From Ostreococcus lucimarinus (Eukaryota): a stretch of 64,000 bases of DNA. The position numbers were made by a program, and so were the translations under genes. Under the pieces are notes generated by a model that saw only the letters and a program-made list of their open reading frames with translations, was not told where the DNA came from and searched no databases. The DNA is taken from NCBI GenBank assembly GCA_000092065.1, contig CP000591.1; one strand, given 5' to 3'. This document shows positions 50,308 to 60,185 of the stretch, one piece after another. Each line of letters starts with the position of its first letter. Positions within the stretch are counted from its first letter, which is position 1.

Positions 50308-51334
50308 ATGCGCGCGACGACGACGCTGCGAGCGCGAGCGATCGATGCGCGCGCGAACCGCCGCTCGAGCGCGTCCACGAGGGCGAAACCGCGCGACATT
50401 CGTCGACATTCGTCGTCGGCGTCCGATGCGTCGAGCTCGACGTCGAAAGATCGCGCTCGAAAAGCGCCCGCGACGAACGGAGGCGGCGCGCGGTCGTTCG
50501 TGGGGGCGAGCTTTTACGCGGATCCCTACGACACGAAGGGCGCCGCCGCGCGCGGGATGCCGAGCGCGCGGGAGTTGAGCCAGAATGTTCGAAATTTGAG
50601 TGGGCCCATGAGCGGCGCGGCGAGGCGAGCGAAGGGGGCGATGCGACCGGGAAACGGCGGACGAGGCGCGAGGAACAGAGCCGATGACGTCATCGAACGA
50701 CGAAGGAAGATAGAGCGAGAGATGAAGAGTCAGATGGTGGAGAAAGAGGTGGAGTCGCTGGTGAAGAAACGGGTGCGCGCGCGAAGCGACGAAGGCGAAG
50801 CGACGGACGAGCGCTTTAAATCGTACGCGAGCGAAGACGAAGGACTGACGATGCGATGCGATGAACGGTCGCGATGCGCAGGCTCGCCGAGCGTTAGACG
50901 TTGAGCGCATAGATTTGCGCGATGGAAGCATTCTGTTTAAATTTAAGGTGCAGAACGAACCCGCGGTGAGCGCGGAGGAGGAGCGTCTGTTGGCGATGGA
51001 GGTGGAAAAGCGTCTTTGGGGCGACACCAAAACGAATGATAACGTCATCGCTCGTTGGTTCATGACTGTGAAATACCTCGCGTCGACTCTGAGCTTCGAG
51101 AACGCCCTCGTATACGTCGCGACGACCCCATTCAGGATGGTTTTTTGGAGTCTGGCGTACGTCTTGCGCGCCGTCTTTTGGATCGTCACCGGTCGCTCGG
51201 GCGTCTCCGTTCGCGCCTCGGGACGCGCCAAGCGACAGTTACGGCAAATCAACACCGTCGTCACCACCGGTCCCGAGCGCGGGTTCAACCCTTTCGGGAG
51301 CGTGAAAAGCCGTCCGAACTGGCGCGCCGAATAA
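50308..51334 (+). CDS. Possible gene split across two frames (ORFs 50308-50904 and 50861-51334): transit-peptide-like N-terminus, then a TM-containing C-terminal part; frameshift or short intron suspected
   Basis: ORF1 ...FVGASFYADPYDTKGAAARGMPSARELSQNVRNL...IERRRKIEREMKSQMVEKEVESLVKK. ORF2 ...ILFKFKVQNEPAVSAEEERLLAMEVEKRLWGD...TPFRMVFWSLAYVLRAVFWIV. The two overlap by 44 nt in different frames. Confidence 0.3.
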
Positions 51335-51439
51335 GTTCGTTCGCGCGTCGCCCAGCCTCTCCATCCTTCGCCCTCGCGTTGTCTGTTGCGATACGTCTGA
51401 TTCCAACTCAACTCAAAACCTGCCTCACTCCGCGACGCC

Positions 51440-54400
51440 ATGGCGCGGCGTCGCCCGCGACTTCCCGCGCGCGCCCCGCCTAAATCACCATCGTCGCGAA
51501 CCATCGAAGTCCTGAACGTGCGCGTGCGCGTGGAGAAACGCGACGACGAAGACGCGGACGAAGACGACCCACTCGATTGGGTCCATCGGCGAAAAGCGAG
51601 CGACAGCGCGCGCGCGACGACGAGCGAGGCGTCGTACGGCGTCGATGGGTTGGGCATCGTCCCCGGTCTCGCGCGCGCGAAGACGCGCGCGAAGACGGAC
51701 GCACAAGAGGAGGAGATTCTACACATGACGGAGGACGCGGCGGACGCCGTGGCGGCGCTGCTTCGAAGACGCGCGGAGGAGGACGAAGGCGACGACGACG
51801 GCGAGGATCGCGGCGAAGGGGAGAAAACGGCGTTGGAGATGGCGCGCGAACGGTTGATGGCGGCGAATTTGGCGGTGCCGGTGGTTCGCGGTGAAGCGTC
51901 GGGATTGCGAGCGACGACGGCGGCGCGGCGAATGACGGCGCCGGTGACGAGCGTGATGGACGAAGTGAGCGCGCAGGAAAGGCATAGTTCGCAAATCGCG
52001 GCGAAAGCGTTGAAATCGCTCACGGAAAGGGACGAAGCTGAAAGAATCGCGCGAGGGAAGCGGTTGAGGGAGGATAGATTGCGAAGACGAGTGCTCGAGA
52101 AGGGATTCGACGAGGCATGGACAGAGAAGGCGATCAAGGCGAATCCCGAACAAGGCGAAACGAAGAAAGATGCGCTCGAGCGTTTGGGGTCGGTGCTCGA
52201 TTGGTTGTGTCTCCGAGTACCTAAGGATGATATGCCCGAAACGTTCGTAAGATTGAGCGAAGCGTCGAAGAATCTTGCACCGTCGAAGACGTCTCTCGTC
52301 GTCGACGGTACGAAACTCGTCAACTCAGCCGCCGTGAGCGACGCGCCGGTGGAAGATCCGTACGTCTTGTTGTTGCAGCGCGCGATGCTCGGGCGCCTAT
52401 TAGCGATGGGATTTTCAAAGGCGGAAGCTCGAGAAGCGCTGGAATCTGCAGGTTGGGTTGAAGAAGACGCGACGTACGCGTTGTTGAGATCTCTGCAACC
52501 CATCGGCGCGACGACGCCGAGCGGCGACAACGCCAAGGAAATGCTTGCCGAACGCGGCGAAGAGGCGATGGCGCTCGAGGCGATTCTAGGGGACGATTTC
52601 AAGGTTGATGATGATGCCAAGTGTTGGAATATCCGAATCCCCTTGGACGAGGATGCCAACGGCGTGCAATGGGAACCATGCGTTTTGGAGATTCATTTTC
52701 CGCCCGACTCTCTTTACCCAGCTGAATCTGCACTCTTCGTCGTCCGCCACGACAAGCTTCCTTCGCAAGTTCGTCGTTCGGTGAACGCTATGATTGCTGC
52801 GCAAGCGCATGTGTACCTCGGGGAGCCCGCGATTTATGCCATGGTCGTTTGGTTACAAGAAAACATGCCCGCAATTCTCGCCGAACGCGGCATCGTTGAC
52901 GACGTGTCAGAATTTGTGGAGGAAATAGACAACAGCGAGAAGGATGATTTCGTGCTCACGGGACGTGGTGCTCACATTAAGAGAACGTATGCACGGTTGG
53001 AGGGTGAAGAAGCGAAGATGCATGCCGAAGAAGAAGAGCGCCGTAAGCGCATTGAATATTTCCGTGCGATGATGGCGGAAGAAAACGCTCGCGAGGCGCA
53101 TGAAGTCGAGGAAGAACACGTTCGAGCTATGACACCATCGCAGTCGATTGCGCTCACGACGGAGGAAGACGTGGATGATACTTCTCTTGATGCAAAGCTG
53201 TCTCGCTGGGAACGTGAGCACGCCAAGCGTCTAGAAGCTGCGAGAACGACGAAAGTAAAGAAGAAGATTGTTCCCAACTTGAGCAAATCGAAACCAAAGC
53301 TGGACGAAGTGAGCGATGGCGATGCAAAGCCAAAGATGAAGGGAGGATGGTTGGCGAATCAGGTGAAGAAGGCGGGGTTAGACAAGCAGGCCGATGTCGA
53401 ACTCGAAGAAGACGCGCTCGCGACTGCGACTGCGAATGTTTTAGCCGGCGTTTCTGGCGTGAGACCGGAAAAGTACACTGTAGAACGTCGAGCGGAGATT
53501 AGTCGCAAACTGCTGGAGTTGGAACTCGCGAAGGAAAGCACGAAAGAGTGGCTTGGTATGCAAGAAATTCGGCGCAAACTTCCAGCTCACAATTTGAAGA
53601 GTGTCGTGCTTGAAGCGATTGAGAGCTCCAATGCGGCTGTAGTGAGCGGCGCAACCGGTTGCGGGAAGACAACACAAGTTCCACAGTTTATATTCGAAGA
53701 AGCCATTAGGGCGGGCAAGGCTGGAGATACGAGCATCATCATCACGCAACCGAGGCGTCTTTCGGCCATCGCGGTCGCCGAGCGCGTCGCGAATGAGCGT
53801 TGTGAACGCATCGGTGACACCGTCGGCTACAGCATTCGGTTGGAAAGCAAGCAAAGCGAGAAAACGCGAATGCTGTTCTGTACGACTGGTATCCTCCTCC
53901 GACGTTTACAGACTGATCCGAATTTAACTGGCGTATCGCACGTTGTCGTTGATGAGGTCCATGAGCGTGATTTACTGAGTGATTTCTTGCTAGTCATTCT
54001 CCGATCACTCGCAGCGAGGAGGAGTGATTTTCATCTCGTGGCCATGTCCGCTACGGTGAACGCCGACTTGTTTAAAAACTATTTCGAGTCGCACCTGAAA
54101 ACAACGTGTCCAGTCGTGGAGATACCCGGTAGGACGTTTCCCGTGGCGGAATATAGATTAGAGGACGCTATCGAAGCCACGGGCTACGTGTGCGAGCCCG
54201 ATGGCGAGTTCGCGCTCGGCGTCGAGCAGAGCCGCGGCGGGAGGATTTTTAAGATGGCCGGAGGTGGCGGCGCTCGCGGGGCGGCGCTTCGCGAAGCCGT
54301 TGAGGAGTCGTTCGAACGTTCTGCGATGAGCGAGGTTCGACAAGAGACGCGTGATATGTATCCCGAGTACAGCGAGACCACTTGGAAGAGCTTGCAAGTC

Positions 54401-56164
54401 ATCGATGAAGAGAAGATCAATTACGAATTGATGGAGCTGCTCGTAGCGCTCATCGCGGACGAGTACGAGGAAGGAGCGATATTGATCTTCTTGCCAGGGA
54501 TGGCGGAAATTCGAACGCTTCATGATCGACTTCGTGCGAATTTAAAAGATTCAGAGTCGCGATTTTTGCTCATCCCTTTGCACTCGACACTGAGTTCTGA
54601 AGAGCAGCGCTTAACGTTCAATAAAGCTCCACCGGGAAAGCGGAAAGTCGTCATGGCGACGAACATTGCGGAGACGTCGATCACGATTGACGACGTTGTC
54701 TTCGTTATAGACAGCGGTCGCGTGCGCGAAACACAATACGATCCGGTATCGAGAATGTCGGCTCTCGTCACCGCTTGGTGCAGCAAGGCGAGTAGTCGAC
54801 AGCGTCGTGGTCGGGCCGGTCGCGTACGCGAAGGCTATTGCTTTCACCTGTACAGCACAAAGACTGAAGCGACCGTGCTGGCGGACTTTACGACGCCAGA
54901 GATTTTGCGCACGCCGCTCGACGCGCTGTGTTTACAGATCAAGATTCTAGGTCTTGGAGACATTCGCAAGTTTTTGTCCATGGCCATCGAGCCACCGCCT
55001 GAAGGCGCCATCGCGTCGGCGCTGAAATCTTTACACGAACTCGACGCAGTGGACTCAAAGGATGAACTCACCGCGCTCGGGCATCATCTCGCTGAACTCC
55101 CAGTCGACGCTCGGCTTGGAAAAATGATGCTATATGGTGCGATGTTTTCGTGCTTGGATCCTATTCTCACCATTGCCGCCGGTGTTGGGTTTCGCTCCCC
55201 CTTTTTAGCGCCGATGGACAAGCGCGACGAGGCCGACGCGGCGAAGCGCAAAATCGCCGCACAAGCAAGTGACCATCTCACGCTGGTGCGAGCATACGCT
55301 GGTTGGATCCACGCGAGGGCCAAGGGTCGTGGTTTCGAACGGGACTACTTGTCCAAGCTGTTTCTCTCCGGACAGACGTTGAAACAAATTTCAGAGATGC
55401 GACAGCAGTATACCGATTTGTTGGACCAAATTGGATTTTTGCGATCCGGTGCGGGCGCTCTCGGGGCCGTTTCTGCGTCACCCGCACCGCTCGCTACGAA
55501 CAAACTGAAAAACGGGCGGCGGAACAAACTCGAGAGTGCACTCGCAGAAGCGAGTGTGAACGCGGGGAACGAGTCACTCGTGCGTGCTGTCATTTGCGCT
55601 GGTCTTTATCCAAACGTCGCGTTGGCGAGCGCGCCTGCGAAGACAGACGACGGTCGCGCGCGGTCGCGCTACCCCACTAGCTCCGTCGCCGTGCGCACCA
55701 AGCACGATACGGACGTGCACATGCATCCAACATCAGTGTGTTACGGCATGTCGCCAAGTGTCGACAGCCGGTTTCTGCTCTATCACGAAAAAGTTCGTAC
55801 GACCAAGGTGTACATTCGCGACGCCACCGCCGTCGGGTCGTACCCGCTGTTACTCTTCGGCGGTAAAATCAAAATCAATCACGAAAGATCGAGCGCGACG
55901 TGCGATAATTGGATAAATTTTCGCGCAGCACCTAGAGTTGCGGTCCTCTTCAAGCATTTACGCGCCGAACTAGACGCGTTGCTCATGGAGAAGATTGCTT
56001 CACCCGACATGGACATTTCGCACAGACGCGACGTCGTGAAATCCATAGTCGAAGTCCTCGAAAGCGAATCCGCCGCCGCGGCTGAAAAGTTAGCATTAGC
56101 AGAGTCTTCATCGGCGCCGGCATCGAGCGATGCCAAGGGACCGAGCGAAGACTCGAACGATTAG
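51440..56164 (+). CDS. DHX57: DEAH-box ATP-dependent RNA helicase of the DHX57 type (UBA + RWD + DEAH helicase + HA2 + OB-fold)
   Basis: UBA-like PYVLLLQRAMLGRLLAMGFSKAEAREALESAGWVEEDATYALL. RWD-like EAILGDDFKVDD..WNIRIP...LEIHFPPDSLYPAESALF. Helicase motifs GATGCGKTTQ (I), DEVHER (II), SAT, FLPGMAEI, TNIAETSITIDDV, QRRGRAGR (VI). HA2/OB C-terminal region. Confidence 0.9.
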   Translation: MARRRPRLPARAPPKSPSSRTIEVLNVRVRVEKRDDEDADEDDPLDWVHRRKASDSARATTSEASYGVDGLGIVPGLARAKTRAKTDAQEEEILHMTEDAADAVAALLRRRAEEDEGDDDGEDRGEGEKTALEMARERLMAANLAVPVVRGEASGLRATTAARRMTAPVTSVMDEVSAQERHSSQIAAKALKSLTERDEAERIARGKRLREDRLRRRVLEKGFDEAWTEKAIKANPEQGETKKDALERLGSVLDWLCLRVPKDDMPETFVRLSEASKNLAPSKTSLVVDGTKLVNSAAVSDAPVEDPYVLLLQRAMLGRLLAMGFSKAEAREALESAGWVEEDATYALLRSLQPIGATTPSGDNAKEMLAERGEEAMALEAILGDDFKVDDDAKCWNIRIPLDEDANGVQWEPCVLEIHFPPDSLYPAESALFVVRHDKLPSQVRRSVNAMIAAQAHVYLGEPAIYAMVVWLQENMPAILAERGIVDDVSEFVEEIDNSEKDDFVLTGRGAHIKRTYARLEGEEAKMHAEEEERRKRIEYFRAMMAEENAREAHEVEEEHVRAMTPSQSIALTTEEDVDDTSLDAKLSRWEREHAKRLEAARTTKVKKKIVPNLSKSKPKLDEVSDGDAKPKMKGGWLANQVKKAGLDKQADVELEEDALATATANVLAGVSGVRPEKYTVERRAEISRKLLELELAKESTKEWLGMQEIRRKLPAHNLKSVVLEAIESSNAAVVSGATGCGKTTQVPQFIFEEAIRAGKAGDTSIIITQPRRLSAIAVAERVANERCERIGDTVGYSIRLESKQSEKTRMLFCTTGILLRRLQTDPNLTGVSHVVVDEVHERDLLSDFLLVILRSLAARRSDFHLVAMSATVNADLFKNYFESHLKTTCPVVEIPGRTFPVAEYRLEDAIEATGYVCEPDGEFALGVEQSRGGRIFKMAGGGGARGAALREAVEESFERSAMSEVRQETRDMYPEYSETTWKSLQVIDEEKINYELMELLVALIADEYEEGAILIFLPGMAEIRTLHDRLRANLKDSESRFLLIPLHSTLSSEEQRLTFNKAPPGKRKVVMATNIAETSITIDDVVFVIDSGRVRETQYDPVSRMSALVTAWCSKASSRQRRGRAGRVREGYCFHLYSTKTEATVLADFTTPEILRTPLDALCLQIKILGLGDIRKFLSMAIEPPPEGAIASALKSLHELDAVDSKDELTALGHHLAELPVDARLGKMMLYGAMFSCLDPILTIAAGVGFRSPFLAPMDKRDEADAAKRKIAAQASDHLTLVRAYAGWIHARAKGRGFERDYLSKLFLSGQTLKQISEMRQQYTDLLDQIGFLRSGAGALGAVSASPAPLATNKLKNGRRNKLESALAEASVNAGNESLVRAVICAGLYPNVALASAPAKTDDGRARSRYPTSSVAVRTKHDTDVHMHPTSVCYGMSPSVDSRFLLYHEKVRTTKVYIRDATAVGSYPLLLFGGKIKINHERSSATCDNWINFRAAPRVAVLFKHLRAELDALLMEKIASPDMDISHRRDVVKSIVEVLESESAAAAEKLALAESSSAPASSDAKGPSEDSND

Positions 56165-56247
56165 TTGTAGCACTAGTTTCCGCGCGCCGGAGAAACAGTT
56201 AAGTAATCGGCGCGCCGCGACGCCGACCCTCACAGTGTGCCGCGCCG

Positions 56248-56760
56248 ATGCTCCGCCGCGCCCTCCTGCGCTCGCGATCATCGATCGCGCTCAACGCATC
56301 CCGCGCGCTCGCACCGTCGTTCAAAGCGCGCGCGCTGTCCACCGACGACGACGCTAAAGCCAAAACTCGCGCGCAGGCCGAGGCCGAAGCCGCGAAGAAA
56401 ATCAACGCCGGCGCCTCCCCGCTCTTCTCCTGGACCGAAGTCGACGTCTCCAACGCAGACCGAACCATCCCACGCTGGCAAAACGCCGCGTTCGTCGTCG
56501 TGGTCGGCGCGTTCTTCGCGTACTTTGGGAACAAGTTGGTGACGAGCGAGCTGTCCCGGCGCGAACGCGCGAGAGACGCGCGAGAGGCGTTGGAAACGCG
56601 CGCTCGCGACGTCGTACGGGCGACGATGGGCGATAGAAATGAGTTTGATTTAGACGCGGTCGTGGATGAGGACGCGTTGGAGGGGCTGACGCCGGAGGAA
56701 ATCGCGGCGCTCGTGGAGCGCGAGCGGGACGCCCGAGGCGGCGAGCGCGACGCGTCATAA
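56248..56760 (+). CDS. Hypothetical small single-TM protein with presequence (170 aa)
   Basis: MLRRALLRSRSSIALNASRALAPS (mitochondrial-presequence-like). TM AAFVVVVGAFFAYFG. Acidic C-terminus. No family recognised. Confidence 0.35.
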   Translation: MLRRALLRSRSSIALNASRALAPSFKARALSTDDDAKAKTRAQAEAEAAKKINAGASPLFSWTEVDVSNADRTIPRWQNAAFVVVVGAFFAYFGNKLVTSELSRRERARDAREALETRARDVVRATMGDRNEFDLDAVVDEDALEGLTPEEIAALVERERDARGGERDAS

Positions 56761-56769
56761 TCGCGCGCG

Positions 56770-57477
56770 ATGGCGTGCGTAACGTTCCGAGCCGTGAGCG
56801 CGACGCGCGCGTTAGCGCCGCGTTCGAAGACCTCCCGCGCCGGTCGTCGCGCGGCGCGCGGCATTCGCGCGGCGGCGACGGACCCGGCGACGAAGATATC
56901 CTTTCCGGACACCAACTCCGCGGGTTTAACCGTGCTCGGCGCCGGATGCCGCGTCAAACGCGTGGCGATCATCGATGTTAAGATTTACGCGTTGGCCATG
57001 TACGTCGACGCCGACGCGGCGCGCGCGCAAAAGGGAAAAGGGTTGCTGAACGGCGATTATGACAAGGAGCTCGCCATCGAACTCGCGCGCGACGTCGACG
57101 GTAAAACGTTCATGGAAGCGATGGATGAAAGCCTGGGACCGAGAATCCGAGAGATCGCGACGAACATGGCGACCGCAGAGGATGAGGATGGGAACTTCAT
57201 GGCCAGTGTGGCTGAGGCAGCGGAAAAGGCGGAGGAAGCGGCGGTGGACTCACTTGACGCCATGCGCGACGGGTTCTCTTCGCTGAAACTGAAGCAAGGG
57301 ACGAAGATGACGATCACCTGGACGTCAAACGGGTGCGCCATCGCGGTCGCGGGCGCGGCGAAGATGGAATTTGAGTCGGCGGAATTCGCAAAGGCGCTGT
57401 TGGACGTGTATGTGGGCGAAGGCCCGGTGGCGCCGGCTGCGGCGCAGACGTTCGAAAAAGGATTGGCGGCGTTGTAG
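56770..57477 (+). CDS. Chalcone-isomerase-fold protein (plant FAP/CHI-like fatty-acid-binding protein), plastid-targeted
   Basis: Transit-peptide-like N-terminus. CHI-fold core LTVLGAGCRVKRVAIIDVKIYALAMYVD..., ...KLKQGTKMTITWT..., ...LDVYVGEG. Confidence 0.65.
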   Translation: MACVTFRAVSATRALAPRSKTSRAGRRAARGIRAAATDPATKISFPDTNSAGLTVLGAGCRVKRVAIIDVKIYALAMYVDADAARAQKGKGLLNGDYDKELAIELARDVDGKTFMEAMDESLGPRIREIATNMATAEDEDGNFMASVAEAAEKAEEAAVDSLDAMRDGFSSLKLKQGTKMTITWTSNGCAIAVAGAAKMEFESAEFAKALLDVYVGEGPVAPAAAQTFEKGLAAL

Positions 57478-57536
57478 TGATATTTGCCTTGACTATTTGC
57501 TACTACTCGTGCTACGTTAGTTCCGCGTGGAGCTTT

Positions 57537-59150
57537 CTAAGAAAGGCTCGCGATGACGTCGGCGAGCATCTTGCTCGCGTCTTTGGGATTCGCTCGACCG
57601 TTTGTGCGCTTCATCACCTCTCCCACGAGCGCGCCCATGAGCTTGGATTTTCCACCACGAAACAACTCGACCTCTTTCGGCATCTCGTCGACGACAGCGC
57701 GACAGATATCTTGCAATTGATCGTCGCTCGACATTTGACCGCCGCCGCACACGTCCTCGACAATTTCAGCCAACGCGCGTTCATCGCTATTCATGAGCGC
57801 CTCTAAGACTTGTTTCGCCATGCGTCCGCTCAGATCGCCGTTCGCGACTTTACCCAACAATTCGCCCACGCGTCGCGCCGACGCCGCGCGCGGTAGAGAT
57901 GATAGCGGTTCTTTGTGCGACGCTCCGGCATCTTTGCGCGCGGCGCCGATGATTTCATTCGCAATAAAATTGGCCACATCGCTCGCCTTAGCGGCGCCGC
58001 AACTGTCAACCGCGGTGTCGTAATACTTTAACGTCGATGGAAAAGCGATGATGGTACTCGCCGCGGACTCCGATGCGCCGCTCTCCATCAAGCGCTCGAA
58101 CGCCGCGTTCGGGAGTTCCGGCATCCTATTTGCAATAGCCTCCACATCCGCCGGATTCAACACCAACGGCGGTAAGTCCGGCTCAGGCGTGAATCGGTAA
58201 TCGAGCAAGTTTTCTTTGGTTCGAAGCACCGTGGTTTTTCCGGTGTTCGTGTCGAACGCGCGCGTCTCGCGCTCGATGCGCCCGCCGGCGGTCAACACGT
58301 CGACGTGTCTCTTCGCTTCGTACTTCACCGCCCGCACGATGCTTCGAAGACTATTCAAATTTTTAATCTCCACGCGTTCGCCAAAAACGCCTCGCTCGCG
58401 CTCCTCCGCCGTGCGCACGCTCACGTTTACGTCGCATCGCAACGACCCCTCCTCCATGTTCGCGTCGCTGACGTGTAAATACCGCAACATCCTCTGCAAC
58501 GCCTCCACGCACGCCGCCGCGTCCTCCCCGCTTCGCATATCCGGTTCGCTCACGATTTCTACCAGCGCCTGTCCCGCGCGATTCAAATCGACCAGCGTCC
58601 CTTGCGCCGCCTCGGCCTCCGCGCCGACGGTTTGGCTCTTGCCCGTATCCGTCTCCATCTGCACGCGCTCGATGCCAACCGTCAACCACCCACGCCGCGT
58701 TCGACCGCCGTCCCGGTCGCCTTCCCGAGCGTTTTCTACACCGACGCATCGCACGATCCCTCCCCGGACGATCGGTTCGCGCTGTTGCGTGATCTGATAC
58801 CCGTGCGGCAAGTCGGCGTAGTAGTAGTGCTTTCTGTCAAAGCTCGACTTCAGCTGCACCGTCCCCTCGAGCGCGATCCCGAGCTTGATCGCGCGCGCCA
58901 CCGCGCCGGCGTTGAGCACGGGCAGCGTTCCGGGCAGCGCCGCGTCGAACGGCGCGACGCGGGCGTTCGCGTCGCCGCCGTACGCGGACGCGGCGCCGCT
59001 AAACAGTTTCGACCGCGTCGCGAGTCGCGCGTGAATCTCAACGCCCACGACGGTTTCGTGCGTCGGCGACGCGGTGGTTGATAGCGCGCGGTGCGCGCGC
59101 GCGAACGCGCGACGCGCGCGCGAGACGAGCGCGCGCGCGGGCGCGGGCAT
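57537..59150 (-). CDS. GATB: Glutamyl/aspartyl-tRNA amidotransferase subunit B (organellar GatB)
   Basis: VVGVEIHARL..KLFSG, PGTLPVLN, DRKHYYYADLPHGYQITQ, VDLNRAGQALVEIVSEPDMRS, LRCDVNVS, and a GatB/YqeY-like C-terminal domain. Confidence 0.9.
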   Translation of the reverse strand: MPAPARALVSRARRAFARAHRALSTTASPTHETVVGVEIHARLATRSKLFSGAASAYGGDANARVAPFDAALPGTLPVLNAGAVARAIKLGIALEGTVQLKSSFDRKHYYYADLPHGYQITQQREPIVRGGIVRCVGVENAREGDRDGGRTRRGWLTVGIERVQMETDTGKSQTVGAEAEAAQGTLVDLNRAGQALVEIVSEPDMRSGEDAAACVEALQRMLRYLHVSDANMEEGSLRCDVNVSVRTAEERERGVFGERVEIKNLNSLRSIVRAVKYEAKRHVDVLTAGGRIERETRAFDTNTGKTTVLRTKENLLDYRFTPEPDLPPLVLNPADVEAIANRMPELPNAAFERLMESGASESAASTIIAFPSTLKYYDTAVDSCGAAKASDVANFIANEIIGAARKDAGASHKEPLSSLPRAASARRVGELLGKVANGDLSGRMAKQVLEALMNSDERALAEIVEDVCGGGQMSSDDQLQDICRAVVDEMPKEVELFRGGKSKLMGALVGEVMKRTNGRANPKDASKMLADVIASLS

Positions 59151-59347
59151 GTCGCGCCGCGCCGCGCGTCCCGCTGTGCGGCTTCGGGACGCGTCGACGA
59201 AACCGAAAAAGACGACGCGCGGTACAGATTGATCGTGTGCGGATTACATACTGTTTGACGTATCGTCGTGCTTGTTTTCGCGCGCCCCCGTCGCGCGCGT
59301 TCGCGCGCGCCCCCCTCGCGCGTCTCGTTTCGCTTCGCCTCGCGCGT

Positions 59348-59800
59348 TCACGCGTCGATCTTAATCGCCCCCGATTCATCCACGCTCACCGCGTACGACG
59401 CGATCGCCGTCGGTTCGCCGCAATACTTCTTCCCGACCACCGGCAGCGCCGGCAATTTCGGGCACCACTCCCCCCTCGCCTCGCCCGTCTTCAGGTCGAA
59501 CGCGCTCCCGTGCGCCGGGCACGCGATCGCCCCGTCGCTCACCGTCGCCGACAGCAGCGGCGTCTTTCCCTGCAGCGACAGCCCCAAGTGCGGGCACTTA
59601 TTCGACACCGCGTACACGTCGTTCGCGAACTCTTGCAGCAGCACCTTCCCCACGCCGTCGACGTCGACGACGACGCGCTGTTTCTCCGCCGCGCGCAATC
59701 CGTCCCGCGTGACGCCCGTGTCGCGAAGCGCGTTCGTCCGCGTCGCGCGCGCGCGTCGTCCGAGCGTCGGCGTCGCACGCGCGCGCGTCGAGATCGACAT
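59348..59800 (-). CDS. Small Rieske [2Fe-2S] domain protein with presequence
   Basis: Rieske ligand boxes CPHLG (CxH) and CPAHGSAFD (CxxH) separated by ~18 residues. 150 aa. N-terminal Arg/Thr-rich targeting-like region. Confidence 0.7.
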   Translation of the reverse strand: MSISTRARATPTLGRRARATRTNALRDTGVTRDGLRAAEKQRVVVDVDGVGKVLLQEFANDVYAVSNKCPHLGLSLQGKTPLLSATVSDGAIACPAHGSAFDLKTGEARGEWCPKLPALPVVGKKYCGEPTAIASYAVSVDESGAIKIDA

Positions 59801-59834
59801 CGCGCGCGTCGTCCGCGTCGGCGTCGTGTGCCGA

Positions 59835-59878
59835 CGCGATCGATCGATCGATCGATCGATCGATCGATCGATCGATCG
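59835..59878. repeat. (CGAT)n / (GATC)n tetranucleotide microsatellite, ~11 units
   Basis: cgatcgatcgatcgatcgatcgatcgatcgatcgatcgatcg immediately upstream of the Rieske gene start, inside the divergent intergenic region. Confidence 0.9.
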
Positions 59879-60185
59879 CCGCGCGTCCGTTCGATCGGTC
59901 GGTCATCGGTCGACGCGACCCGTCGTATGCATACGTATGGGCATTCAGTGCGACGTCGTCGACGACGCGACGCACGCGCCGCATCGATCCGGCGACCGAC
60001 GGATCGACGCGTCGCCGCACGTCGACGCGCGACGCGTTCGAGTTCGGAAAACCGCGCGTGTCGCGTGTCGAGCGCTCGCGCGCGCCGGACGCGACGCGGC
60101 GCGCGCGCGAGGGAAAAAGACGCGCGAACGACGACGCGGCGAATTCAAAAATTCGAATTCGAATCGCGACGACGCCGAGCGAAGG

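Noticed and set aside
50266-52659. 797-aa ORF on the minus strand
   Set aside because: Entirely antisense to the well-supported DHX57-like helicase and its upstream region. The sequence is Ser/Arg/Ala low complexity with no domain. It is a typical GC-bias artefact.
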